Positions 37,304 to 45,320 of a stretch of 64,000 bases of DNA are shown here, in pieces. The notes beneath the pieces were generated by a model. The model was not told where the DNA came from. It saw only the letters and a program-made list of their open reading frames with translations, and made no database searches. Location of the stretch: the NCBI GenBank assembly GCA_050251055.1, contig JBFWNL010000007.1, positions 96,001 through 160,000 on the forward strand, in the 5' to 3' direction. The DNA comes from Bacteriovoracia bacterium (GTDB taxonomy: Bacteria; Bdellovibrionota; UBA1018; JBFWNL01). The position numbers were made by a program, and so were the translations under genes. Numbering within the stretch: position 1 is the stretch's first letter; every line of letters starts with the position of its first letter.

Positions 37304-39328
37304 TTATTCGCCATTGACGGGGTAGGCGTACATCGTCACGCCCGAAACCGTGCCGTCATGGAACGTGCAGGTATGGGCGGTGTAGTCGCCGCTGCCCTGG
37401 TACGCGCCGAAGTTCGGCGTATAAACACAAGACTCGTTCGATTCGCAGAGACCGTTGTCGTTTCCGCCCGAGCCCAGGATTTCGAGGGCATTCAGCAGGT
37501 AGGTGTTCGCCGGGGTCATCCCGTTCGTGATGGTGACGTTGCCGTCCACGGCGGAAGGGCAGCTGGCGCCGTCGACGAAGGGATCGTTGGCGTTCTGGCC
37601 ATCCTCGGTTCGGTCGCGAAACTGAGTGTCCGAAGCCTTCAACGCGAAATCCCAAATGCGGCAGTTGCCGGCGGCGCAAGCCGTGCGGTTGTCCGAGTTT
37701 GGGAAGGCCGAGCCATCGATCCCCCAGACTCGGAACGGAGACGCGAATTTCAGCCACTCCGACATGGAGGCGAACGCCTGTACGCCGTTCGTGTTGGCGC
37801 CGTTGGTGGCATCCGTGGTCGTGACCTTGCCCTTGAAGCTGTTGGCGGCGGTTTTGCCGGTGATGAGCGTGGCGCTCGAGGAGCCTTGGTTGGCGCACGT
37901 CGTGTTGACGAGGCCTGGATTCGTCCCGCCGCTGACCGTGCAGTCCGTGCCGTTTCCGCCCACCAAGAGATTATGGGAGAAGGTCGAGTTGTTGAGCTGG
38001 TCGAGGGAGATCCCCGTGGTGTTGTTCACCACCGCGATGTTGGCAAATTTGAGGTTGCTCGTATTCGAGCCCATGTGGTTCGAGGAGAAGCCCGTGTCGT
38101 TGTTGGCAAAGAGAGAGTTCGTCCAAGTGGTGTAGCTCGGGAACTGCAGGAAATACATGCCGGTCGTGTTGTTGACCGCGGTCACGTGCGAGACCGTGCT
38201 GTAGTACGACGCATCGGCGAGCTTGATGCCGACCGTGTTGTTGGCCACGAGTAGGTTGGTATAGTAGCCGTAGAAGGCGACCGACAGCCAGATGTCGTTG
38301 GCACCGTTGTTCCCGAATCCTTTATAACCTTGCAGGACGTTGTAGTTCGAGCTGCCGGTGAAAAATAAGGCGTTCGCCGATTGGGCGAAGTTGAGATTTT
38401 GGAAGAGGTTGCTTACGGTCGAAGCGGTGTAAAGGCAGGACGACGATCCGCCACGGATATTGAGGTTCTTAAAGCGTGAGAACTTCACGGTGGCGATGTT
38501 GATCACCACTCCCGCTTGCGCGGACCCAGCCGCGTTGTAGCCGTTGTACGTGCCTTCGATCCAGATAAAATTGCGGGTATTGGCCACGATCATGTTGCCG
38601 GCCGCGGTGCCGGAACCGGAGAAGCCCAGGACAGCACTATCTAAGCCAACGAGCGAGATTTTATTAGCGCCAATGACGTAACCGTCCGTCAGCAAGGACC
38701 CAGAGTAGATATAGACCGTGCCGTCGGTGCTCAGCGTGGTTGCGCCCGCACCCACGTTGGAGCTCAGGCGGGAAATTGGGTTCGTCCACCAGGCGGTGGC
38801 CGTGGTCGCCGTCACCGGACAGCTTCCCTTGGTCACGGTTACGGAGTTAGGCTTCCAAACCGGCGAGGCACCGCTGTTGTCAATCAAGTCTTTTAGAGAA
38901 ATACTTGGTTTAAGGCCAGTGCTGATAAAACGCGCGGTGCCGGAAGCGACTTCGCATTTCCACTGGAATGCACCCAGGGTTTCCGTCAGGGTCAGGCCGT
39001 CGCAGCTGGAGTGTCCCGTCAGCGTAACTTTGCGGCGTTCGCCGCCGTTGTAACATTTGGAGTGAATGCCTTGCTCGGTCCCGGCGCACGCGGTGGTGCC
39101 GTCGGAAGCGCGGACATAGTCGTTCCAGTTCGGATAACTCGCATAGCGAGACTCGACGCTCGCGTCTAAGGTCGCGACGTCGCGGCAGCTACCGCCCCCG
39201 GTGGTTCCCCCTGAGTCGGTGGCCGGCGCATTGAGCTTCGGATACACACAGCCAGCCGCCGTGAGCATCGCGAAAATCAAACTGAGGGCGTAATAAGGCT
39301 CTCGCCTTCTTCCACATACGTACCGCAT
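37304..39328 (-). CDS. Lipoprotein with right-handed parallel beta-helix repeats
   Basis: Lipobox AAGC; Asn/Thr-rich repeats (VANNTVGI, AVNNTTGM, VVNNTTGI); Cys-rich C-terminal cap. ATG 39328 is preceded by TACAAT-N6. Confidence 0.78.
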   Translation of the reverse strand: MRYVCGRRREPYYALSLIFAMLTAAGCVYPKLNAPATDSGGTTGGGSCRDVATLDASVESRYASYPNWNDYVRASDGTTACAGTEQGIHSKCYNGGERRKVTLTGHSSCDGLTLTETLGAFQWKCEVASGTARFISTGLKPSISLKDLIDNSGASPVWKPNSVTVTKGSCPVTATTATAWWTNPISRLSSNVGAGATTLSTDGTVYIYSGSLLTDGYVIGANKISLVGLDSAVLGFSGSGTAAGNMIVANTRNFIWIEGTYNGYNAAGSAQAGVVINIATVKFSRFKNLNIRGGSSSCLYTASTVSNLFQNLNFAQSANALFFTGSSNYNVLQGYKGFGNNGANDIWLSVAFYGYYTNLLVANNTVGIKLADASYYSTVSHVTAVNNTTGMYFLQFPSYTTWTNSLFANNDTGFSSNHMGSNTSNLKFANIAVVNNTTGISLDQLNNSTFSHNLLVGGNGTDCTVSGGTNPGLVNTTCANQGSSSATLITGKTAANSFKGKVTTTDATNGANTNGVQAFASMSEWLKFASPFRVWGIDGSAFPNSDNRTACAAGNCRIWDFALKASDTQFRDRTEDGQNANDPFVDGASCPSAVDGNVTITNGMTPANTYLLNALEILGSGGNDNGLCESNESCVYTPNFGAYQGSGDYTAHTCTFHDGTVSGVTMYAYPVNGE

Positions 39329-39469
39329 GTCATAATTGTAGAACGGAACCGTTTTCATTGGAAATGTGTCCGGATCGACCTAAGTCTAGCTGAGGTAAGT
39401 TATTGATTCCAATGAATAGTCACTTGTCGGTAGCTTGACAGGGATCTTTGGCCCTCCATCTTACGTAAA

Positions 39470-40444
39470 GTGAAGAACGACCCGCTCGACCCTACTTCTA
39501 CTTCGTCGCTCGACGCTTTCGAGGAAGCCAGGCTTCATGATGCCTATTCCGCGGCGGTGATCGACGCGGTCGACCAGGTCAGCCCCTCGGTGCTGAATAT
39601 TGAAATTCCCCGGCGCGGGGGCGGATCGGGGTTCGTCCTAAGCCCGGATGGGTTCGCGCTGACCAATAGCCACGTCGTCCATGGCGCGCGTGAAATCATC
39701 GTTCATCTGGCCGATGGTCGGCAAACCGAAGCGAGATTGGTGGGGGACGATCCCGATACCGATCTCGCGGTCATACGGTTAGCCGGCGCGGGGGACTGGC
39801 CGGCCGTAAAGCTCGGAGATTCGGCCCGCCTGCGCGTGGGGCAACTCGTGGTGGCGGTGGGCAATCCTTTGGGGTTTCAGTATACGGTGACAGCTGGCGT
39901 GGTCAGCGCGATTGGAAGAAGCATGCGTTCCCAGTCAGGCCGACTGATTGACAATATCATTCAAACCGATGCGGCGTTGAACCCCGGGAACTCCGGCGGC
40001 CCGTTGGTAGACTCGCGCGGACGTGTGATTGGTGTCAACACCGCGATCATCCGTCCCGCCCAGGGCATTTGCTTCGCCATTCCGATGGCCACCGCGCAGT
40101 ACGTGGCGGCTCATCTGATTCAGCACGGACGCATTCGGCGGGTCTATCTCGGCATCGCTGGTCAGACGCTCGAAATTCCGCGGCGGATCGTGCGCAGTCT
40201 GAAGCTTCCCACGCCCAGCGGCGTGTTGGTGGCGTCGGTGGAAGAAGGGAGCCCCGCCGACCGCGCGGGGGTGCGCATGCGCGACATTATCCTGCGATTC
40301 GGCGATCGCCACGTCCCAAACGTCGACGGGCTCTTAAAACTTCTCACGCAGGAGCACGGTAACCGCGCCTCGTCGCTCCAGCTCATCCGCAAAGGCGAGC
40401 TCCTAGAGCTGCCGGTCACCCCCGAACATCGCGCCGAAAAGTAG
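39470..40444 (+). CDS. HtrA/DegP-like serine protease with one PDZ domain, no obvious signal peptide
   Basis: GSGF, TNSHVV, TDLAV, IQTDAALNPGNSGGPL, PDZ GSPADRAG. Confidence 0.93.
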   Translation: MKNDPLDPTSTSSLDAFEEARLHDAYSAAVIDAVDQVSPSVLNIEIPRRGGGSGFVLSPDGFALTNSHVVHGAREIIVHLADGRQTEARLVGDDPDTDLAVIRLAGAGDWPAVKLGDSARLRVGQLVVAVGNPLGFQYTVTAGVVSAIGRSMRSQSGRLIDNIIQTDAALNPGNSGGPLVDSRGRVIGVNTAIIRPAQGICFAIPMATAQYVAAHLIQHGRIRRVYLGIAGQTLEIPRRIVRSLKLPTPSGVLVASVEEGSPADRAGVRMRDIILRFGDRHVPNVDGLLKLLTQEHGNRASSLQLIRKGELLELPVTPEHRAEK

Positions 40445-40499
40445 CGTTCTCGCTTCCCACCGCGCGGTCATTCCCGTGCGCCAACACATAGGCACGCCG

Positions 40500-40632
40500 A
40501 TTTACCTCTGTCACTCCAAGTAAAGTCATCCCCGATGGGGGACGCGCTTCCATGCGCTCAACCGCTCAGCGCCGTCCTGGCCCGCGGATGCCCCCATCGG
40601 GGATAACTTTACTTGGAGTGACGGGGGCAAAT
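40500..40632. repeat. Long inverted repeat, 42-bp arms with 49-bp spacer (MITE/REP-like)
   Basis: 40500-40541 ATTTACCTCTGTCACTCCAAGTAAAGTCATCCCCGATGGGGG versus the reverse complement of 40591-40632: 38/42 identical. Confidence 0.85.
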
Positions 40633-40638
40633 GATGGA

Positions 40639-41154
40639 CTAGGATTCGGCGCGCGGGAAGAACCGCTCGGCGAGCTGGATATGCTCTAACTCTTCATCGG
40701 CGATTTTCCCGAAGATCTCGGCACTCACGGGATCGACCTTGGCCATGGCTTCGCGGAACCGAATCCCGGCGCGGCGGCCACGCTCTTCCGCGCTCGCCAT
40801 GTAGCGGGCGAACTTCTCGGCGGTCTCGCATTCCACGAAGGAGTGCCAGAGCTGATCGGAGACGGGGCGCTCGGCGGGATCGATGCCGAGCTCCTTCATC
40901 CGAATGAGCAGCCAGTCCAAGTGCTTCTGTTCGGCGCGCGCGAGCGCGCGCCAGGCTCCGCGAAGATCCGCCGGGGAGTCCGCGAAAGTGTCGGCGGCCC
41001 ATAAAAAAGCGTCGCGGGCCTGAATTTCGGCGAAGGCGGCGGCGCGGAGGCGGTCGCCGATTCCCGCGGCGGAGTCCACTTCGCGCGGAGCCGGGGCGCG
41101 CTCACCGGCCGGGCAGGTTTGAAACGGATGCCACGAGGGGGTTGGAGGTTTCAC
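40639..41154 (-). CDS. Ferritin-like di-iron protein (DUF455-like)
   Basis: E / ExxH / E / ExxH pattern: FAEIQA, AEQKH, EERG, EELEH. Confidence 0.72.
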   Translation of the reverse strand: MKPPTPSWHPFQTCPAGERAPAPREVDSAAGIGDRLRAAAFAEIQARDAFLWAADTFADSPADLRGAWRALARAEQKHLDWLLIRMKELGIDPAERPVSDQLWHSFVECETAEKFARYMASAEERGRRAGIRFREAMAKVDPVSAEIFGKIADEELEHIQLAERFFPRAES

Positions 41155-41160
41155 GCGGGG

Positions 41161-41586
41161 TTATTTCCCGGCCTTTTTCTCACCCAGCCGGGAGATCAGC
41201 TCGAACTCTGCCTTCGACACGGGCATGGCCGAAAGTCGGGACTGTTTCAGCATTAGGAGGCCTTTTAGCTTCGCCGTGGTTTTTATCTCTGCCAGGGCCA
41301 CCGGATTTTTCAGGGAGCTTACGGCGGAGAGATCGACTTGCACCCATTCGCCCTTGGGGTCGGTGGGATCTATTTCCGGATAGGGCTCGGCCAAGATCTT
41401 CGCCACGCCCACCACGGCTTTATCGTCACCGCTGTGGTAAATCAGCACGAGATCGCCTTTGCGCGTTTGCTTTAAAAAGTTGCGGGCCTGGAAGTTGCGG
41501 ATCCCGTTCCACGCGGTTCGCTTGTCGCGCACGAGATCGGCGAAACTATAGGTCGAGGGTTCGGTCTTGAACAGCCAGTGGTTCAT
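41161..41586 (-). CDS. EVE domain protein
   Basis: HWLFKTEP, WNGIRNFQARNFL, IYHS, SRLSAMPV. Confidence 0.93.
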   Translation of the reverse strand: MNHWLFKTEPSTYSFADLVRDKRTAWNGIRNFQARNFLKQTRKGDLVLIYHSGDDKAVVGVAKILAEPYPEIDPTDPKGEWVQVDLSAVSSLKNPVALAEIKTTAKLKGLLMLKQSRLSAMPVSKAEFELISRLGEKKAGK

Positions 41587-41619
41587 GCGGCGGAACGCTA
41601 CAACGCGGGTGGTGAAAAC

Positions 41620-41952
41620 TCAATGGGTGAGCGTGGGATCGCTGGATGCGGCGGGAGGTTGTTCGTTCGGTGGAAGCAAGGCTTCGATGTCGACGGCCTG
41701 GCTCGGGGTGAGATTCTGTTGGGGAGCGATGGGTTCAACGGCGGCCTTCGGTACCTCCGTGCCGGCGTACCAACGCTTAGGCTGGTGCAGCGAAAAAAAG
41801 AGAATGATCACGACGCCCACCGCGACGAAAAAAGCCCACAGGGCCTGCGCCTGGCCCGAGCTGGTTTGCTCTTTGGCGAAACGCAATGCGGACGCCTCTT
41901 TGCTGTGTTTACCAGCGAGCGTTCGACGGGGTTTTTTCTTGGTGATCTCCAT
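41620..41952 (-). CDS. Hypothetical single-TM protein
   Basis: GAGG SD; basic N-terminus, TM, Pro-rich tail. Confidence 0.6.
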   Translation of the reverse strand: MEITKKKPRRTLAGKHSKEASALRFAKEQTSSGQAQALWAFFVAVGVVIILFFSLHQPKRWYAGTEVPKAAVEPIAPQQNLTPSQAVDIEALLPPNEQPPAASSDPTLTH

Positions 41953-41964
41953 ACCTCATGATTC

Positions 41965-41991
41965 TTTTCGTCAAGTAATTCTAAGCCTTTA
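41965..41991 (-). promoter_or_regulatory. Possible sigma28-type promoter
   Basis: Minus strand TAAAGGCT-N11-GACGAAAA. Confidence 0.45.
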
Positions 41992-42022
41992 GGGATTTTT
42001 CATTTTCAGGTAAGGATTTTCC

Positions 42023-42685
42023 GTGAATCAGCCGACGGCCGACTACCTTCAAGGGATCTGGAAGCAGCTTGCGGGTCCCTCGGCCGCGCTTCAGGCACGG
42101 GGCCTCCAGTCCGGAATGAGCCCCGGTCTGTTGGGAGAATTGGCGCGGGCAAGGGATAAATACGCTATTGTTTCAATTGGTTGGGATCCGCCGGCTTTCT
42201 TCACGCCCGAGCGGGAAGTGGAGTGGTGTGAAGGGCGTCGGGCGCTCCTGGAGGCCCTTTCGCGATCCGAAGCCGTGGCTGGGCCCCTCCCTCTGCGGGG
42301 GAGCCTAACCCACGCGGAGAAAACGACGATTGCCGTTAGCGCGCGGGCCTCAGGAGTGGGAGTGGACCTCGAGTCCCGCCACCGGCCGATTCACCCGAGT
42401 TTGGGCGAGAAGATCCAAAGTCCCACCGAAGCTGGATTTGCCCTCCGCGCGCTTGAACTTTGGGTACTCAAAGAAGCCTGTTTCAAGGCCCATCCAAGGC
42501 GAGAGCATGCGGATTCAGACGCGAGAGTTCTCAGCGGATATCGGCTCCAGGCGGTGGATCCCCCAGGGTCGGATGCGGGGGGCTTAGCGGGTGTCGCTGA
42601 AGGGTACGGCGAAGTCTTTCGTTTCCGGCTGATTCGAACTGCCGATTGGCTAGTCTCCTTTGCTCTGGCGGGAAACAACCCGTAA
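42023..42685 (+). CDS. 4'-phosphopantetheinyl transferase (EntD/Sfp-like)
   Basis: GSLTH, GVGVDLE, LWVLKEACFKA. Confidence 0.78.
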   Translation: MNQPTADYLQGIWKQLAGPSAALQARGLQSGMSPGLLGELARARDKYAIVSIGWDPPAFFTPEREVEWCEGRRALLEALSRSEAVAGPLPLRGSLTHAEKTTIAVSARASGVGVDLESRHRPIHPSLGEKIQSPTEAGFALRALELWVLKEACFKAHPRREHADSDARVLSGYRLQAVDPPGSDAGGLAGVAEGYGEVFRFRLIRTADWLVSFALAGNNP

Positions 42686-42694
42686 GATAGGGCA

Positions 42695-43648
42695 ATGGGC
42701 CACTCCCACGAGCATTCACACGATCACGATCATGGGCATGGCCACCGTCACGCGCACGCCCCTCGGTTCTCCAAGGTAGGCGACGCTCGTGCGCAGCGGG
42801 CGCTCTTTCTTGCCTTGGGACTTACGGCCGCATTCATGGTCGTCGAGTGGGTAGGGGGATGGATCGCCAATAGTTTGGCGCTCATGACGGATGCCGCGCA
42901 TATGCTCACCGACGTGGGGGCACTCGGCTTGAGCGCGTTCGTACTCTGGCTCTCGCGTCGGCCGGGTTCCAAGCAGATGACGTTCGGTTACCAGCGGGCC
43001 GAGATCTTGGGGGCGTTGGCCAACGGCCTCTTGGTCTGGTTGCTGGCGGGGCTTTTGATCTTTGAGGCGATCCAGCGGTTTATGGACCCGCCCGCCGTGC
43101 AGGGCCAGGCGGTGTTTTTCATCGCGATCGGCGGGTTAATCGTAAATCTGATCGGGATGCGGCTCCTGCATTCTTCACAGGGACATAGTTTGAATCTCCG
43201 GGGTGCGTACCTGCACATTCTGGGTGATTTATTGGGGAGTGTCGGCGCGATCGTCGCGGGATTCGTGCTTTGGCGCACGGATTGGCGCTGGATCGACCCC
43301 CTGGTCTCCATTCTGTTTTCCGCGCTGGTGCTCTATAGTGCTTGGCGGCTCGTGCGCGACGCGGTCGAAATTCTCATGGAGAGCTCGCCCAAGGGCATCG
43401 ATCCCGCTCGCGTGATGGCCGACCTGTCGGCGGTGCCCACCATCACGGGCGTGCATGATTTGCACATCTGGACGGTTTCGAGCGGCAAGCTAGCGCTCAG
43501 CGTGCATCTCATCTCCGAGCGCAACGAAGAGGCGCTCCAGGAAGCCCATCGCATTTTGGATGCGAAATACGGAATCCATCACACGACGATCCAGGTCGAA
43601 CATCCGAAACGCTTCCAAAGCGATCGCTGCTTCGATTGTGCGCACTAG
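42695..43648 (+). CDS. Cation diffusion facilitator (Zn/Co/Cd efflux, CzcD/ZitB-like)
   Basis: His-rich N-terminus, SLALMTDAAHMLTD, AYLHILGD, HDLHIW, HTTIQVE. Confidence 0.95.
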   Translation: MGHSHEHSHDHDHGHGHRHAHAPRFSKVGDARAQRALFLALGLTAAFMVVEWVGGWIANSLALMTDAAHMLTDVGALGLSAFVLWLSRRPGSKQMTFGYQRAEILGALANGLLVWLLAGLLIFEAIQRFMDPPAVQGQAVFFIAIGGLIVNLIGMRLLHSSQGHSLNLRGAYLHILGDLLGSVGAIVAGFVLWRTDWRWIDPLVSILFSALVLYSAWRLVRDAVEILMESSPKGIDPARVMADLSAVPTITGVHDLHIWTVSSGKLALSVHLISERNEEALQEAHRILDAKYGIHHTTIQVEHPKRFQSDRCFDCAH

Positions 43649-43652
43649 CGGG

Positions 43653-44669
43653 TTAGTTGCCAAAAATCAGCGTGTAGACCTTCACCATGTCGTCATAGGT
43701 GGTGCCCAAGGTGAGCACGTCCCCGTTGATGATGTCTTTTTCCCAGTGATACATCGAGCTGAACACGAAGCGCTTGATCTTGCGCGCCTGCAGTTTCTCG
43801 ACGCGCTCGGCGGTGAGGAACTTCGCGAAATCGGTCATGAGGGCGTCGATCTGCACCTTGTCCAAGTCGTAGTAGTTAAAGCCGTCGAAACCGTGCACGA
43901 ACACCACATCGAGCATTTGTTGGAGTACGGTCGAGTTCAAGGCGCTGGATTCGTCGAAATAGCCCTTCCGGCCCATCTGGATCCAAAGACCCGTGCGGAC
44001 CACGGTCTTGCCGTCCTCGAATCCCATGTACTGGGCGCGGCGGATGGTGCTTTCCCGATCATCCGGAGACGTGTCGTCAAACCAAATCTTGCCGAAGGTT
44101 TGCACCTTTTGCCGGAACGCCGCCGAGCCCGAAAGGTCGTCGATCAGGCGTAGGTTCGCTAGGTAGGCGCGATTGACGGCGGTGTAGCCGCCGCTGATCG
44201 TTTGTTTACGCCGGAATTCGGCGATGGCTACGTTTTCTTTCACCTGCTTTTCCAGGCGCGCGATTTCGTCTAACTCTACTTGGAAGGTTTCATATTCCTT
44301 CAAGATGTTTTCGTCGTCTTGTCCGTCGTAGGCGTACAGGATGAGATGCTCCCGCGGGAGGCTTCGTTGCGCCATCACCGTCGGGTAATCCTTACTGTCT
44401 TTTGCGGGCGTGTAAGCTTCGCGGATTTGGACTTCGCGGATGGCTCTTTCGGCGCCGAACACCACGCCGGCGTCGCTCTCCATCACCAGCTGGTAAAGGT
44501 GATTCACGCCTTCGGCGCGCTTCACGAAGGGCAGGCCTGCGGAAAAGGTCAGGTCGACGCTTTTTTTCAGCTCGGCCACCTTCTGTTCATAGGTCATTTC
44601 GGCTTGCGCCCCGACCGCTAACCCGAGTCCCAAAACCATTCCGGCGCACATCGTGAACCAACGTTGCAT
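43653..44669 (-). CDS. Secreted hypothetical protein
   Basis: Signal peptide ending AQA; AAGGGA SD; no motif recognised. Confidence 0.75.
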   Translation of the reverse strand: MQRWFTMCAGMVLGLGLAVGAQAEMTYEQKVAELKKSVDLTFSAGLPFVKRAEGVNHLYQLVMESDAGVVFGAERAIREVQIREAYTPAKDSKDYPTVMAQRSLPREHLILYAYDGQDDENILKEYETFQVELDEIARLEKQVKENVAIAEFRRKQTISGGYTAVNRAYLANLRLIDDLSGSAAFRQKVQTFGKIWFDDTSPDDRESTIRRAQYMGFEDGKTVVRTGLWIQMGRKGYFDESSALNSTVLQQMLDVVFVHGFDGFNYYDLDKVQIDALMTDFAKFLTAERVEKLQARKIKRFVFSSMYHWEKDIINGDVLTLGTTYDDMVKVYTLIFGN

Positions 44670-44873
44670 ATGAGTTTCCCTTCCCTTTATGGCGCCGTAA
44701 TCTAGCGAACGCTTTCTCCAAAGGGAAGGGAATTGGCCGAAAAACGAGGAGAGAGGTCTGTGCCGCAGCAGGTCATTCGGATGTGTTTAGAGGATTGACA
44801 GGCTGCGTTTCGCGCCATAGAACGTCCGCAACCTTCAGGGATAGGGTTATTTGTCAGAGGGGAGATTGAAGTC

Positions 44874-45251
44874 ATGAGAAAAATTTTTGGGATGATCGTG
44901 GTGGGCCTCGTCATTTCGAGTGCGAGCCAGGCGGAGATTTTTACGTTCCGCGACAATGGCGGATACTTTCGCGCGATCAATGAAACCGGCAAGGAGATCG
45001 TGAACGTCCACGGCGTGGATCTTTTCGAAGTCAGCCCGAACCTGGTGGGCTACTTGGCACCCGGTGGCGTGTTCGTCGTGGTGACTTCCAAGGGCGACGA
45101 GATCATGCGCTCCCGCGACGTGCGCGAATTCCAAGTCGGCAGCGGCTTGGTGGGCTATCGTGACGGCACCGGCCGCGTGCGCGCGATCAACATGGCAGGC
45201 GAAGAGATTCTCAACGTCTCCGGCGTCAGCCGCTACAAAGTCGGCCGCTAG
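44874..45251 (+). CDS. Small secreted protein made of three ~35-aa beta-rich repeats
   Basis: Signal peptide ending SQA; repeats xxGYRDxxGxxRAINxxGxEIxNVxGVxxFxV. Confidence 0.8.
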   Translation: MRKIFGMIVVGLVISSASQAEIFTFRDNGGYFRAINETGKEIVNVHGVDLFEVSPNLVGYLAPGGVFVVVTSKGDEIMRSRDVREFQVGSGLVGYRDGTGRVRAINMAGEEILNVSGVSRYKVGR

Positions 45252-45270
45252 GCCTGATTCGTTTTTAAGT

Positions 45271-45314
45271 AAAGAAGAAGGCGGGATCCGCGCGGATCCC
45301 GCCTTTTGTTTTTT
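45271..45314. terminator. Bidirectional intrinsic terminator
   Basis: Perfect palindrome AAGGCGGGATCC-GCGC-GGATCCCGCCTT with A-rich and T-rich flanks, between convergent genes. Confidence 0.88.
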
Positions 45315-45320
45315 GTCTCG

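Noticed and set aside
41161-41586. EVE protein as part of a modification-dependent restriction system
   Set aside because: Stand-alone EVE with no adjacent nuclease or McrBC-type genes.
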